From Octopus sinensis (Eukaryota), in assembly GCF_006345805.1 (NCBI RefSeq), contig NC_043001.1, forward strand, positions 122,946,001 to 123,010,000: a DNA stretch of 64,000 nucleotides. Reading direction: 5' to 3'. Position numbers and translations under genes: made by a program. Each line of letters opens with the position of its first letter. The stretch's first letter is position 1. The notes below the pieces were generated by a model. That model was not told where the DNA came from. It did no database searches and worked only from the letters and a program-made list of their open reading frames with translations. Positions 13,651 to 27,345 of this stretch are shown one piece after another.

Positions 13651-15974
13651 CTCATAAGAAACTCCTAAAAAAAAAGGCAGTGTGCTCTACAATAGGGGTA
13701 TTTAGAGTTATAATATGCATCATGTAATACAAGTATCCCATTCATGAGAACTCGCAGATCAAGGATCACTCTCTCTCACACACACACACACACATACAAC
13801 ATAGACAGCCACTATTTGCCATAGGAAGACATGTGAATGATAGTCAATCCTATTGATGTTCATATGAATATTTAGTCGGTTTTGTAGGCGCCATATATCT
13901 TGATGGTGAGACACTGCTCAAAGGTAACTTTTTTATGCTCAGGTTAAACAACATTTTTTCTTTTATTCTGTCATAGAGCTATCTTTGTTGTTGTTGTTGT
14001 TATACAGATGGCGGGAAACTACGTGCTATCATACATGCATTCATGAATGTAACCATGAAAAATGTCAATAGAAACTGTTTCTTTCCCACGCTCCGCTTTA
14101 ATAGACGCATAATCAGTGTATGTAGAAACACGATTCATTGAAACTTTAAACTGCATTCTCTATATACGAGAATATTACCCATAATTCTCTGTTTGTTGTA
14201 TACACTTTATTGCTCGGAATTCAGCTAATTTAATATTTTCTTTCTTTACCGTGCGGAAACAACTTCTGAATTCATATTACACATAGCATTTAAAATTTGA
14301 ATAATTTTGACTTGGATATCAATCGAATTTTCTGCCGTTTATTCGTTTGGAAGACTTCTCATATTTACACGCGGTTTTCAAGTGTATAATATATTAGTTT
14401 TAATTAACGATCAACGTGGATAGAATATCTTCACTTAAAACTAATTGCATGTGATTTTTGTTCGTTCTCTCTCTCACCCCTATGTAACGTATCACGAATC
14501 CTGCTGTTATCCCAGAATAATTTAGCTGGTAGACATAGTACGCACAAAAGAGAAACATACTGTCAAACTTTCCCGGTGAAAAAAAAAGCTTACCTATTTC
14601 AAAATAATAAAGCTAAATGAACCCCGTCCTCAGATTACAGCAGACACGTACTGTTTAAAACTAAACCTTTTTACTTTGTAATGCTTAAACTGTGCACTGT
14701 TTAAAACCAAACCTTTCAAAGTGTGTGTAATATTCAAAGTTGTTTTTCCTTCATTCGATGTAAAATTTTACTATTTCGTAGAGAATAGACTTAATGCTTT
14801 AAATATATAAAGCAATTCATTGTACTTTATAATAATGAACTACTAAGAGATCTGCTAGTTTTTATATTTTTATTGTTCTCGTTAACATAAGTCAGGCCTA
14901 TAATATACCTGTCATATAGATCCCGGGCAGCGTATACTTGACAGGTATAGCCTGTGTGTACACTTGTCTACAATGTGTGTATCTTATAAGATTAACGACA
15001 CTCAAGTTAGTTTATTATGTTGGGATTTATAAATAATTATATCTGATACGTTGAAGTATTCTGAGTATTAAAAGTATTGTTGAAATTCGTCAAAAATGCT
15101 TTTAAGAATTTGCAACGTATGAGCACTTTTAAATCTATGTTAACTGTTGAACGGTGGTGGGAGTTCATTCGTTTATTATGTCAAATGCACATGACTGACA
15201 CTCTTGTTATATACTCGCTGTAGAAGAATTTTTACGGAAGTCCTTGACTACAGCCCTGCACGTGATCCTCATTGCTTAATTAACCTCTAAGGTATTAATC
15301 TATGGATTTCTATAACGCAGATTGTAAACGAAAGATCACTATAACCTTGGCAACCTTTTTTAATAGCAGGTATGTTTATTCATTAGAAATAGGAGAAAAA
15401 TTAGTAAAAGGCTATTTTATATGGTTGACCTTACGAGTACCGTACAAAGAGCTGCATTCTGTGCGAGTGCTGTAGATTGCCTATGTCTGTATAAGACCGT
15501 AGTAATTAGATTTGATTTCAACTATATATTGCTCCTAATATAGCTGCGTGTGTTTCTCAATATTTATGTCTGTGTATAGCTTCTTAGACCGACAGTTAGC
15601 TACAGTAAAAAGGAAAAAAATAGATCTTAATAGGCATGACCAAGTCCAGCAGAAATTATAGGTTTTGGTACGAGGGGAAATGGACGTTGAGGATTGTTAG
15701 CGGGACACAGGTTTGTTGAACAGGGTTCTCCCTCCACCAAAAAGACAAATTCTACCAGATGCAGATCTGGTCTAAAACCCTCCAAATATGAGACGGCTCT
15801 AATGAATTGAGATATCTCGGCTAATCACGTAGATGCCGTCAAGCACCATGGATTAGCCAATGAAACCAGGAAAACTAATAACAAATATCCATTACCACAG
15901 TGAACTTGTACACCCTCATCCAGTTAACTAATACTTTAGCAAATACTTACGATTTACTCCTATAGCCGAATATA

Positions 15975-16372
15975 TAGCCAGTGCCCACCTAAAAAAACAC
16001 AGTTCTACTTGTGTATCACTCTTGAGCAACCCATCGCTGATCTGAGAGAACTAAATCGTGTTAGGATGTGGTATACACAAATCCTCACTGAACGCGCAAG
16101 ATACACAGTCAATAATGAATACAGGGTGAATGTGCTCTCTTTCAGTGAAGGCTAAGTAATATGTAATAGCCAGTGCCCACCTAAAAAAACACAGAAGCAG
16201 AAACACAGTTCTACTTGTGTATCACTCTTGAGTAGCCCATCGCTGATCTGAGAGAACTAAATCGTGTTAGGATATGGTATACACAAATCCTCACTGAACA
16301 CACAGGATACACAGTCAATAATGAATACAGGATGAATGTGCTCTCTTTCAGTGGAGGCTAAGTAATATGTAA
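15975..16372. repeat. Two-copy tandem duplication (192 bp + 206 bp)
   Basis: Both units start tagccagtgcccacct (15975, 16167) and end ctaagtaatatgtaa. The second has a 14-nt insertion and several substitutions. Confidence 0.93.
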
Positions 16373-17029
16373 TGGTTACCTCTTTTATAGTCGCATATAT
16401 TCATAAATTGGATACAAAAGATGAAGAACAACGCTTCATAAAACGGTTAATATTTTAGTTTGTCTGAGAAAGTTTTAGATCAGAGTTCATTCTCCCTATA
16501 CAATGTCGCCTCGTATTTTAGTGGAAGCTTTTAATGTTCGGTTCGATAAGTCACAAGATGATCGATGAAAGTTGTCCGTCTGCTTAATCTTTAATCTCGT
16601 TCTATATAATACTGATATGGTACTTTAAAAAATTCGATCTGTAAATCACCTCATTTTAAGATTTCAGCTGACCGAAATTTTAATTTTGAAATAAAATTCC
16701 AGCTATAAAGTAAAGCAAGCTTCCTCCTTCACTCTTTTTCTATCTTTACGCTTCTGTGATTTCCAAATGAATGGAGCAATTCAAGTAGAGTGCAGCTGGA
16801 TTAAAATCTATTTGCGAAATGAATTTCAATGCAAACAAGACTTTTTTCTCGGGCTTCTATTTGTTGTTGTTTTTTTTTATAAAATGGGAAGGAAGGTCAC
16901 TGCCTATAATCTTTGTCAAGTTCCCCAAAAGAGGGAAGTAATCTTCGGGTTAGATGCTTGCAACGACAAACTCTGATAAAAGAGCTCAGGAGCTATACGG
17001 TGTCTAGGGCTCCGCAAACATACGCATAT

Positions 17030-17218
17030 ATAGGGAGAGTTTACGGAAAAACAAAAGACGAAGACAGGTGGTGTACAAAACAAACAGATGTATTAGTATA
17101 ACGCTTAGGAATAGAAAAAGTATTTTATGTTTCGAGCCTACGCTCTTCTACAGAAAGGGACACAGAAAAAACAAGGAGAGAAAAGAATGTGTGTAGTGGC
17201 TAACGATCTATCATGGCA
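17030..17218 (-). mobile_element. Penelope-like terminal repeat / short element carrying a degenerate hammerhead-like core
   Basis: Minus strand 17129-17153 reads ctgtaga-a-gagc-gtag-gctc-gaaac; a related partial copy lies at ~55760-55832. Confidence 0.5.
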
Positions 17219-19299
17219 TATATACATGCATTCACATTCTTAATCGATATACTTATAATGGTATATATAATGGTATATATTATTCATGATAGGCTCCAGT
17301 ATCGTCCAACTCGAAGCCATAGCAGAAGGATGCTTGCCTGATGTGCTGCGCAGTAGGTTTGAATAAGAAACAGTGTGGTTGCCAAACTAGCATCTTAACC
17401 ACTAAACTATGCAAGCGCTTTTGCAGATAAGATTATTTTATCATTTTATCCTAATACATCATTAATATTTATGGCCTTCGTAAAGATGGTAAAATAACTC
17501 GAACATAAGAGTTAATTCATCTGGTACCACCCGGATGGTTACATACCGCCCTGACTGTAAGTTAGACGGATTTCCACGCTATATATTTTTTTATACTTCA
17601 TGCTAGTATTACATTTATTTGGATGAGCTTTTTTTGTGTATCTTTCTTTAAATACTATTTCGGTTTTCCTTTTTTTTCCGCTCTCTATTGGTTTGAATTT
17701 TTTGTAGATCCTAACTAATTTGTCTAAAATTGAATATAAAATTACAACGAATCAATACCCATGAGTTTCATTAAAAACTCAAGTACTTCTATAGTTTCAT
17801 CATCTACGTTTATTTACGCTGTTGCAATTTCAAAACCGACCATGTCCAATAACTTCAATGGTAAACTAAATACATCGACAAAAAAAAATAGTAACAATAA
17901 TAATAATCATTTCAGATAAGTAACTCACACGCATCGGTTAGCAATCTGAAAGAAAAAAAAATTAGACTCTCAAGACGTATACTTTGCTTTTCTGAAATCT
18001 CAACTCCTTAATCATATAGGAAGCTGAAATCTTATACTGTATTCTTTTTTACTAACCAGTTCTCTCTTACTGAGTTAATTCGTATTACTTTCAGAGTTTT
18101 TCATCGAAACTGTTATTTTAGGATGAAACAAACGGAAGTTACATGTAGTGGATTATATTTTAGTAATTTTAGTGCCATTTTCTTATGGCAATAATATATA
18201 TAACACATCAGTTAATATCTATCGATGCATGGCACCCAACAAACATGTAAACATTGATGTGGTTTTCGATTAATCATTAAAATAAACAAAACTGCTTCAG
18301 AGACATGCAACGCCTAAGTTGGGACCAACAGGCAATCTATGTTTAACCCAATTTCTGGCTAAATTGGTATTTACAGCTAATAACTTACAGCTGTCTCGGA
18401 TCAAATGGAAAAACTATCTTATTCCCTTTTTGAAGAATTTGTTTTGCCGAATAAAGAACTTAAAACTCTTGGGATTAGTTTACCATGATTAATAATCATG
18501 TTAGTTTTATCAATATTTTTAATTGCTCCATCGTAGGGAATCGTTGAGAGGTACGGATGTTTTACGTATATGTGAGTTCGAATCTCGGTTTCTGGACTTT
18601 AAAAAGAAAAAGTATCAGCGCTGTACCGGATTATGCCACTTGCATTCTGTACTTGAAAATCTTGTACTTAATCAAAATAAATAATTCTGCAAGAATTTAT
18701 ACTTATACATGAATACATTTCTACGAAGTGAAATTCCTTTCAAATCGAGAAAAATATCTTACTATTCCCAATAATTTGGAACTGCTAATGAACAAATAGA
18801 TCCCTTTACGAGTAAACAAACTTTGCATATTGTCAATTCCTTTGATAAGTCAGTTAAATGCAGTCATAGATACTCTAATCATACGCAGAAAATCTAAAGA
18901 TCAGGCCTGACTTAATTTTTATGATTGCACGTTTCTGTTGTTGAGTGAACGAGAGAAAAACTATCCTCTTGGTAGTTGTCTCCAAGTTTATCTATTATTA
19001 TCATGCCTCGTTGCATATATAGGACAGTAGTGATCAATATGTCCTTTCCTAACTTTTAAACAGATCCAAACATTAAAAAACAGTGAAGTACGAAAGAGAA
19101 TAATCAAGCAGAATAAAAACAAAAAAAAAGCGAAATAACTTTTGAAATATTGTTAGCAGATGGAATAAACACTAAAATGATTTTGCTAACAAAGTGGTAA
19201 AGTTATAAAATGACAAAATATGAAAGTGCTTTGGTTTATTCTTGTAAAATGCAAGAACAATATTTCCTGCATTTCTTTACAATTGCTGATAAGAATACC

Positions 19300-19714
19300 T
19301 ATTTCTTTACTACCCACAAGGGGCTAAACATAGAGGGGATAAACAAGGATAGACAAACGGATTAAGTCGATTACATCGGCCCCAGTGCGTAACTGGTACT
19401 TATTTAATCGACCCCGAAAGGAAGAAAGGCAAAGTCGACCTCGGCGGAATTTGAACTCAGAACGTAGCGGCAGACGAAATACCTATTTCTTTATTACCCA
19501 CAAGGGGCTAAACACAGAGGGGACAAACAAGGATAGACAAACGGATTAAGTCGATTATATCGATCCCAGTGAGTAACTGGTACTTATTTAATCGACCCCG
19601 AAAGGAAGAAAGGCAAAGTCGACCTCGGATGAATTTGAACTCAGAATGTAGCGGCAGGCGAAATAACGCTAAGCATTTCGCCCGGCGTGCTAACGTTTCT
19701 GCCAGCTCGCCGCC
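19300..19714 (-). mobile_element. SINE family A head + two tandem body units
   Basis: Internal junction aaagaaatag|gtatttcgtc; TSD tgataagaatacc (19287-19299, 19720-19732). Confidence 0.92.
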
Positions 19715-22223
19715 ATTGTTGATAAGAATACCATCAACGTTCATGACTAGACAATTGGTTCGTCAAGACCCCATTGCGAGTTAAGAATTAATCATTTCAG
19801 CTGCTTTTGGGCAATTTCAATAGAAGTAAATTTAAGTTTAAAGATGGAAACAGGAAGTTGGGAAGGAAGTGAGAGGAGTACATGAGAGCTACAGAGAGTA
19901 AGGTTTGGATTTTGAACAAAGGTGTTTAAAATGAATAGCGAAAACAAGATTTTGGTTTAAAATGCCTACTGGAATTGAAATGTTACTATCACTATAGATT
20001 GCTCTTGATCGTCTTTTTTTGTTATATACTTGCGTTACTATCCTTGTATATGATCACTAATCATTTTCACTTTGTTAGATGAAGTGCAACGCTCATTACC
20101 TTGTTTTTTCACTTTTCTCCAGTCCACTTAGCTAAATATTAGAGCAGCAAAGAGCATAATACTACCCCACCCTAAATGGGACGTCAGTAGTTTGTTCTTT
20201 GTCAGAGATGAAGATGTTATAATATGTTGCTTATATTCCATGGAAACTTAAATAAGCTTCTGCTTAATGATCCTGTGGCCTCATAAGACCTGCCGAAGCC
20301 GGCCGCGCCGGCCGGAGACGCCAGCCTCCGGCAGACGCGGGAGAGGAAGGAAGGAAGAGCGAGAAGAGTGAAGGGTTGTGGAACCGCAAAGCGTGCAGCA
20401 CCGTCGGCTGAGTGCCCTGTTTGTCGGGCTGGCGCCGGCTGGATGGCTGTTGCGTGGTCGGCAACAGCGGTGAGAGCGGCACGTTAGCGGGCTGCCGCAC
20501 TGCTACTACTGCACTGTTAGAGGACCGACGACGACCAAGACTGAATCAGTTGAAAAAAGACTAAAACTGATGGAGTGGGGAAGAAATAGAAGTGGATTGG
20601 TTACTGCAATAGGAGGCAACATTTTAAGATATGTTTATATTATTCGACAAGCGACCTTGTCCGAGTGCTTACAGTAGTAACTCCAATAAAGGCTTCTTTG
20701 AGCCAGATGGAGTTATAGCAGTTGATAGGTTAAGTCTGCCACCTGAAACGAGTATAATTCATCTGATTAACATCTGCACACGTTACGTTTATCCAGTTCA
20801 TGGCTTTAAACATTTTTCCGGGATCAGATCCAGAAACATGATGGTGAAGCTTAACTTCCTAATCCTTTCAACCATGCCTGCACCTATAGAGTAGCTGTTA
20901 CTCTAGGCTAGCAACCCTATGTGCCTGTACCATCCAAGCTCACCTTTCTTCCTTGCCCATCAAATACCCTTCTCCTCGCCTCGTTGGTCTTACATATCTG
21001 TGTCAGATCCTCTTATTAAACACTTCAGTCCTTCTTTAGAAGGTTTGTATCTTTCTTTACTGGATCAATGGTTGATCTAGAGCTTGTACTGTCGATTCAT
21101 TGAATATAGTGTTAGTCCTGTGAAATGATTACGATGCAATCATTCTCTCTTATACTTCACGTACATAAAAAGCCTTGCATTGTTGGAAACGGTAGTGAAC
21201 CGAATTCACCATGAGGGCCAACCCGATGGCATTTTTAACTGAGATATTTAACTGCATTCTTTCAATTGATTTTAAGTCTTAGTTTCAGGCCTGTCGCGAG
21301 CAAACAAGCTCGTTAGACAAACCTTTTCCCCCCGTTTCCATGGAGTATAAGCGACAAAGTATACTACCTCCCTGCCATTGTAAAATGCCATTGACTAAGA
21401 GCATAATACTCGTGTACCGTTCAGGGTGGGATAGCATTATACTCTCAAGTCAGGTAGGGGTAATCTACTCCGTTAACCTCAGCTTTTGCTGGTTTTCATT
21501 TACAGTTCAGTGGTCTGGAGAAACATGAAGTTTTGTTCAGCAAAAAAAAGAGTGCTGCTCGGCTTTGAACGCGAACCCACGACTTTTCAATCATGAGCAA
21601 AACTCCCTACAACCAGACCACGCACCTTCACCTCAGTAGGTCTACTTGTATATTACTTCGACTACCTCTTTGTGAACTCTTCCTTCTTCTTCAGTTTTAA
21701 CCTTCTTTTTTTTTTTTTCTATCCACCGCCTACGGTCAAAGTTATTGATCCCAGTCCTTGGTCTAAGATTACTGGTTTTGGAACGAGTACTTTATTTCAT
21801 CGACCCCGAAAGGATGAAAAACAAAAAAGTTCTCGGCAGAATTCGAACACCATTTTCACCGACGTATTCACGAACACTTGTAACTCTGAATTCGCTGCTC
21901 TCTCAGTCCTAACCAAGTTCTCAGAATCACACGACCACTTTTTCAGTAAACCCATGAGTGAACTTTTACGTGGTCGATCGGGTGCTCTACTAGAACAAGC
22001 AGCAGCCATAAAACTCTCCTATAAATCCACTGTCTTAAAAGAAATGTAATCCCAGCGATCAAAGTTACACAGTCTTAACTAAGGCATTAGCATCAAACTG
22101 GATCTAAACATTGGTAAAGTCCTTCCTCAACACGTTTTAGCACGATTAATGGCTTCTTTAGATTTATGGACCTGTTGTCAATTTCAATACAGCTATTTCA
22201 TATGTATAAATTTAGATCGCTAC

Positions 22224-22830
22224 GCGGCGATCTGGCAGAAACATTAGCACGCCGGACGAAATACTTTGCGGTATTTGGTCTGCCGTTACGTTCAGAGTTC
22301 AAATTCCGCCGAGGTCGACTTTGCCTTTCATCCTTTCGGGGTTGATTAAATAAGTACCAGTTGCGCACTGGGGTCGATGTAATCGACTTAATCCATTTGT
22401 CTGTCCTTGTTTGTCCTCTCCTTGTTTGTCCTGTGGGCAGTAAAGAAATAGGTATTTCGTCTGCCCCTACGTTCTGAGTTCAAATTCCGCCGATGTCGGC
22501 TTTGCCTTTCATTCTTTCGGGGTCGATTAAATAAGTACCAGTTACGCACTGGGGTCAATGTAATCGACTTAATCTGTTTGTCTGTCCTTGTTTGTCCCCT
22601 CTGTGTGTAGCCCCTTGTGGGTAGTAAAAAAATAAGAACCGTTAGCAGGCCGGGCGAAATGCTCAGCAGTATTTCGTCTGCCGTTAGATTCTGAGTTAAA
22701 ATTTCACCGAGGTCGACTTTGCTTTTCATCCTTTGGGAGGTCGATAAATTAAGTACCAGTTGAGTACTGGGGTGGATGTACTCGACTAGCCTTCTCCCCC
22801 ATATCTCGGGCCTTGTGCCTATTGTAGAAA
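22224..22830 (+). mobile_element. SINE family A trimer, the last unit with a variant tail
   Basis: Junctions at ~22450 (aaatag|gtatttcg) and ~22635 (aaataa|gaaccgttagca). Confidence 0.88.
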
Positions 22831-23079
22831 GAATTATAACTTAACAAAACACACACATACCGTACACACGCTTACAAATATGTATATTGACCACAACAAG
22901 AATAAGTTATTCCTTAATTTCTTTCATTACTTTTCATCACAGTAATGGAATAGCAATCATTTGAGCATCAGGCAAAATGTCTTACGTTGTTTCCTCTGGA
23001 TCGTTAGGTTTTGGTTTCAAATCGCAAGGAGACCAACTTCGCTTTTTATCTCTTCGGAGTTAATAAAATGTCAGTCATA

Positions 23080-23365
23080 TACTCTTTTACTTGTTTCAGT
23101 CATTTGACTGTGGCCATGCTGGAGCACCGCCTTTAGTCGAGCAAATCGACCCCAGGACTTATTCTTTGTAAGCCTAGTACTTATTCTATCGGTCTCTTTT
23201 GCCAAACCACTAAGTTACGCGGACGTAAACACACCACCATCGATTGTCAAGCGATTTTGGGACACACCCACACACACATATATATATATGTATATATATA
23301 TATATACTTACACATGATGGGTGGCTTTCAGTTTCTGTCTACAAGGCTTTGGTCGGCCTGAGGCT
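23080..23365 (-). mobile_element. SINE family B, partial
   Basis: Reverse complement of the family B tail and centre. Confidence 0.85.
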
Positions 23366-24261
23366 GTTAACTTTCTGGGTTCAAATCCTGCAGAGGTTAG
23401 CTAAGCCTATCATCCATCTGGAGTCACTGAAATACCAGTAAAATACTGGGGCCCCCGAATGTTTTGATTAACGCTCTAACACTTCTAAATTACTGACCTT
23501 GTGTCTAAATTAGAAATGTTTTTTTTCTATTCTCATTACAACACTTCAAAAAACCGTTTATATTCAATCTACAAGCAGTTGACATATGTAAATTAGAGGG
23601 ATGTCATCAAATATTTTTGTCATGTTTCTTTTTGTAATGCACACGATCATTGCACCCACATGCAGAATGTGTCAGTACTTGCAGCACAACAGGTTTCAAT
23701 TTTCACCGTATTTTACTCTATAGACTCCATTTCATACCATTCAGTATTTATTACTTGTTGCTGCTGTCCTCACTATAATCTCAAGTGATCTAATTGTTAG
23801 ATTTCGGTACGAACGGTGTTTTACTTTTAAATATAATTTTTATATTTTTTTTATTTTATTTTATCTCATTTCAAGCTTTCATGGAAAAAAACAAACAAAC
23901 AAACAAAAAAAAAAACACACGTGTCTCAACCGAGGTTTTGTCGTACAATTCTTTTCACGTTTTCTACTTTTGTTATGGTTTAGCTTGCTACTTTTATAAC
24001 AGAACTTTGTCCCGCTAAGGTTATACAATTTGAATGGCGGGTGCACTGTAGGATACTTTAAGAGTTAAAATTATATTTTTTGTTCTTAATTTTACAGTGT
24101 TTCGAAAGCAGTGTCATACCTTTTGTGTAATGACTAATGCAATTTTAAAAATATTAGTGATATTCATTTAGAATATAATACTTCATAGTAAATAAAACAA
24201 TTTGTCACTTAGCTTATCATTATAGTATTTCTTGCTATTTCAAGTTCGGTTTTCAATTATT

Positions 24262-24662
24262 TATTTCTTTACTACCCACAAGGGGACAAACACGGACAGA
24301 CAAAGGGATTAAGTCGATTACATCGACTCCAGTTCGAAACTGGTACTTTATTTATCGACCCCGAGAGGATGAAAGGCAAAGTCGACGTCGGCGGAATTTG
24401 ATCTCAGAACGTAACGACAGACGAAATACCTATTTCTTTATTACCCACAAGGGGCTAAACACAGAGGGGACAAACAAGGACAGACATAGGTATTAAGTCG
24501 ATAACATCGACCCCAATGCGTAACTGGTACTTAATTTATCGACCCCGAAAGGAGGAAAGGCAAAGTTGACCTCGGCGGAATTTGAACTCACAACATAACG
24601 CAGACGAAATGCCGCTAAGCATTTCGCCCGGCGTGCTAACGTTTCTGCCAGCTCGCCGCCTT
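24262..24662 (-). mobile_element. SINE family A dimer
   Basis: Head at 24662; the shared dimer junction is at ~24430. Confidence 0.9.
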
Positions 24663-24926
24663 ATTCTCTGATAAAGAATATATTTACGTTTTAACAATTA
24701 TTTCGAGGTGTGTAACAGCTTAAAATATCATCGAAATAACTTGCGAAGAAAAATAACATCCATAACAAGCAATTTTAATCATTGTTCTTTCGCATAATTC
24801 CCATATTTTCAGTGAGTAAAATAATCACTCTGTCAGAGCGATTGTGTGTGTCGAACGAATGAGAAAGGATTGCTTAGTTCGTGTTGCAGAGAAATGGGTG
24901 TACATATATACAGGTACAACCCCGAT

Positions 24927-25343
24927 AAGGCGGCGAGCTGGCAGAAACGTTAGCACGCCGGACGAAATGCGCAGTCGTATTTCGTCTGCCGCTACGTTCT
25001 GAGTTCAAATTCCGCTGAGGTCGACTTTGCCTTTCATCCTTTCGGAGTCGATAAATTAAGCACCAGTTACGCACTGGGGTCGATATAATCGACTTAATCC
25101 GTTTGTCTGTCTTTGTTTGTCCCCTCTGTGTGTAGCCCCTTGTGGGTAGTAAAGAAATAGGTATTTTCGCCTGCCGCTGCGTTCTGAGTTCAAATTCCGC
25201 CGAGGTCGACTTTGCCTTTCATCCTTTCGGGGTCGATAAATTAAGTACCAGTTACGCACTGGGGTCGATATAATCGACTTAATCCGTTTGTCTGTCTTTG
25301 TTTGTCCCCTCTGTGTGTAGCCCCTTGTAGGTAGTAAAGAAAT
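24927..25343 (+). mobile_element. SINE family A dimer
   Basis: 15-bp TSD aggtacaaccccgat (24912-24926, 25344-25358) brackets both units. Confidence 0.93.
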
Positions 25344-26247
25344 AGGTACAACCCCGATTTTCTGAAACCTTTGTTTCCAAAGCCTTTCCGAATTTCTCTG
25401 TACCTGGGGTGGTCATTTTCTTCAACACACTCGAAATTAAATATCAAATTTAAATGTAATACAGATCCCTGTACATTAGTGTCTGGAAAGTGGGTGTTGC
25501 GACTGTGATATATAATGTTAAAGGATCAACCAGTTCACATCTTATTTTATTTATCAATATTTGTAATGACCCGGTTTTATCTTCAAAAATATTATGTTGT
25601 CATTCATTAAGAATGTAAGTCTAGTGTCTGCGTGTACATCGACGACACTTTGAGAGAATCCAAAGTGATATATCTGAAACATAATTGCCTGTCAAAAGTG
25701 TCTGTCTTTTCAGACCTGGTTTCATTCACCATGGATATATGTGTGCCGCCGGTATTCATTTACTAGCTCGATGCTCCCTCCCTCTTTTACACTTTTTTTT
25801 ACCCAGTTATGTTGAGATTTAATTGGGATTATTTTGTTTAATCGCCTTTTTCTCTGCTTTTATTTTTGCTTACTGCACGTGATGGCAATTATTTCTTATT
25901 GTCTTGTGATGAGTTTCCCTGCTCACGAGTTTTTTTTTATGCTAGTGTCATGATTACTACTAAATGGAAATGTTCAACTCGTTTCTTTTCTTATATATAT
26001 ATATATACACATATATAATATCCATTCGTCATTCCTGTGTAAATATGTCGGATTTCGAATTCTGAATAATTTCTTTAAAGTTTCAACAAAAACGAAAATT
26101 CTTCCAGTAATAAACGTAATGATATCTTTGAACTATAATAGCATCCAAGTATATGAAACTGCCAATCAGAAATGTTGCCAACGTAGTTTCATAATCCAGT
26201 GACGTACATTTTCTTTAGAATGAAGCAATCCATATACCTGAATAACC

Positions 26248-26556
26248 GGATCTTTTCACTTTGACCGGCAGAGTTTTAAAATAATTTCTTTGTAACTAAA
26301 CACTTTTAAACTTCGTATACTCGTAGTGGGTTACATAAATCATCTTTTTCTCTTGGCTTTCTTGAGAAAATTCTGTAGTTTGTAAGCTATTTGTTGTTTA
26401 ATTTTTTGCATTTCGGCAATTTCAACCAATCAATGACGTCTATTGAGGTGAATACAATTTCTGCCGTATTTTGTCAACAACATTTTCTGGCGGTTTAAAA
26501 GTGTTTAGTTACAAAGAAATTATTTTAAAAATCTGCCGGTCAAAGTGAAAAGATCC
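26248..26556. mobile_element. MITE with 64-bp GGATC-starting TIRs and an 8-bp TSD (superfamily uncertain; Merlin-like by its GG ends and 8-bp TSD)
   Basis: TIRs differ at one position; TSD gaataacc (26240-26247, 26557-26564). Relatives at ~36387-36985, 43030-43279, 46016-46358 and 46811-47235. Confidence 0.88.
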
Positions 26557-27345
26557 GAATAACCTTTTAAATAAGCATTGCATCGGTGTCTAGTGTGGAC
26601 AAGACATTCAAATAGAAAATTAGTTTTAATTAGTAGCAACTGAGTTTTGATTTTGGTAGTTTAACCTCGAGATCGGCAAATAACTTGAGTCATGTATTCT
26701 AATGTCAATTTAGTCTAAAATTGTAGAAATGTGTCAACGAATCTTTGACAGTGCACAGTAATGAGAAAAAATAGGATTATCTTTATAATGGAAACAGAAT
26801 TTTACTCGTGGCAAAAGTAACCCTTAAACAGATCTTTTTGCTATCAATTATAGATTTGACATAAAATTCTTTCTCTCGTAGACTTCCAGATGTTTTATAG
26901 CAAGTCTCATTCTGTCCCGCTAATTGGCACTGAATGTTACGTATAGAATGGAGCTTCAGATACGACAGGAGCATTTTCCAAACATAAGTCCATCGTATGT
27001 TAAAAAATAAAATCTTTACAGCCTCATTTTAGGGATTCTTAACTCTTTTGAGACATATGGTGCTTTGGTATGTGTAGCCAAAACGACCAAAGTTTTTTTT
27101 TTGTTGAGATTGAAATCGATGGATACATGTAGAAAACAAAGTTCCTAAGACAACTTTATTAACATGTAAAACTATATATTTTATGTCTACTGAAAGACAA
27201 TTCCTCATTGGCTATTACACATCAAAACGTTTATTTCGTCGGGCAGATGGATCGGCCTCAAAGTCCTTTCAGCTTGCATCACTTGGGCCGATCCGTCGGC
27301 CCGCGCGTCGGAAGAGGGTTAAAATTTATACAAATCGGACAGCTG

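Noticed and set aside
13870-13912. FVGAIYLDG resembling the RNase III signature
   Set aside because: It lacks the catalytic D..EA residues just upstream, and no other RNase III motif is nearby.
20264-20274. Minus-strand aggatcattaa resembling the 18S rRNA 3' end
   Set aside because: The preceding sequence does not match the conserved gtaggtgaacctgcgg, and there is no other rRNA similarity.
20428-20442. 15-nt match (gctggcgccggctgg) to the HDV genomic ribozyme P3'/P1' strand
   Set aside because: A P1 partner exists upstream (agccggc), but I could not build P3/L3, P2 or the catalytic J4/2, so it is probably chance in GC-rich sequence.
26882-26995. Candidate for the missing GST exon 2 (...LALNVTYRMELQIRQEHFPNISP)
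   Set aside because: It has an in-frame stop, no YF/RGR motif, and its donor is phase 2 whereas the next exon needs phase 1.
27039-27322. Possible piggyBac-like MITE bounded by TTAA
   Set aside because: The right end (gaagagggTTAA) fits, but the left TIR match is too poor to support a call.
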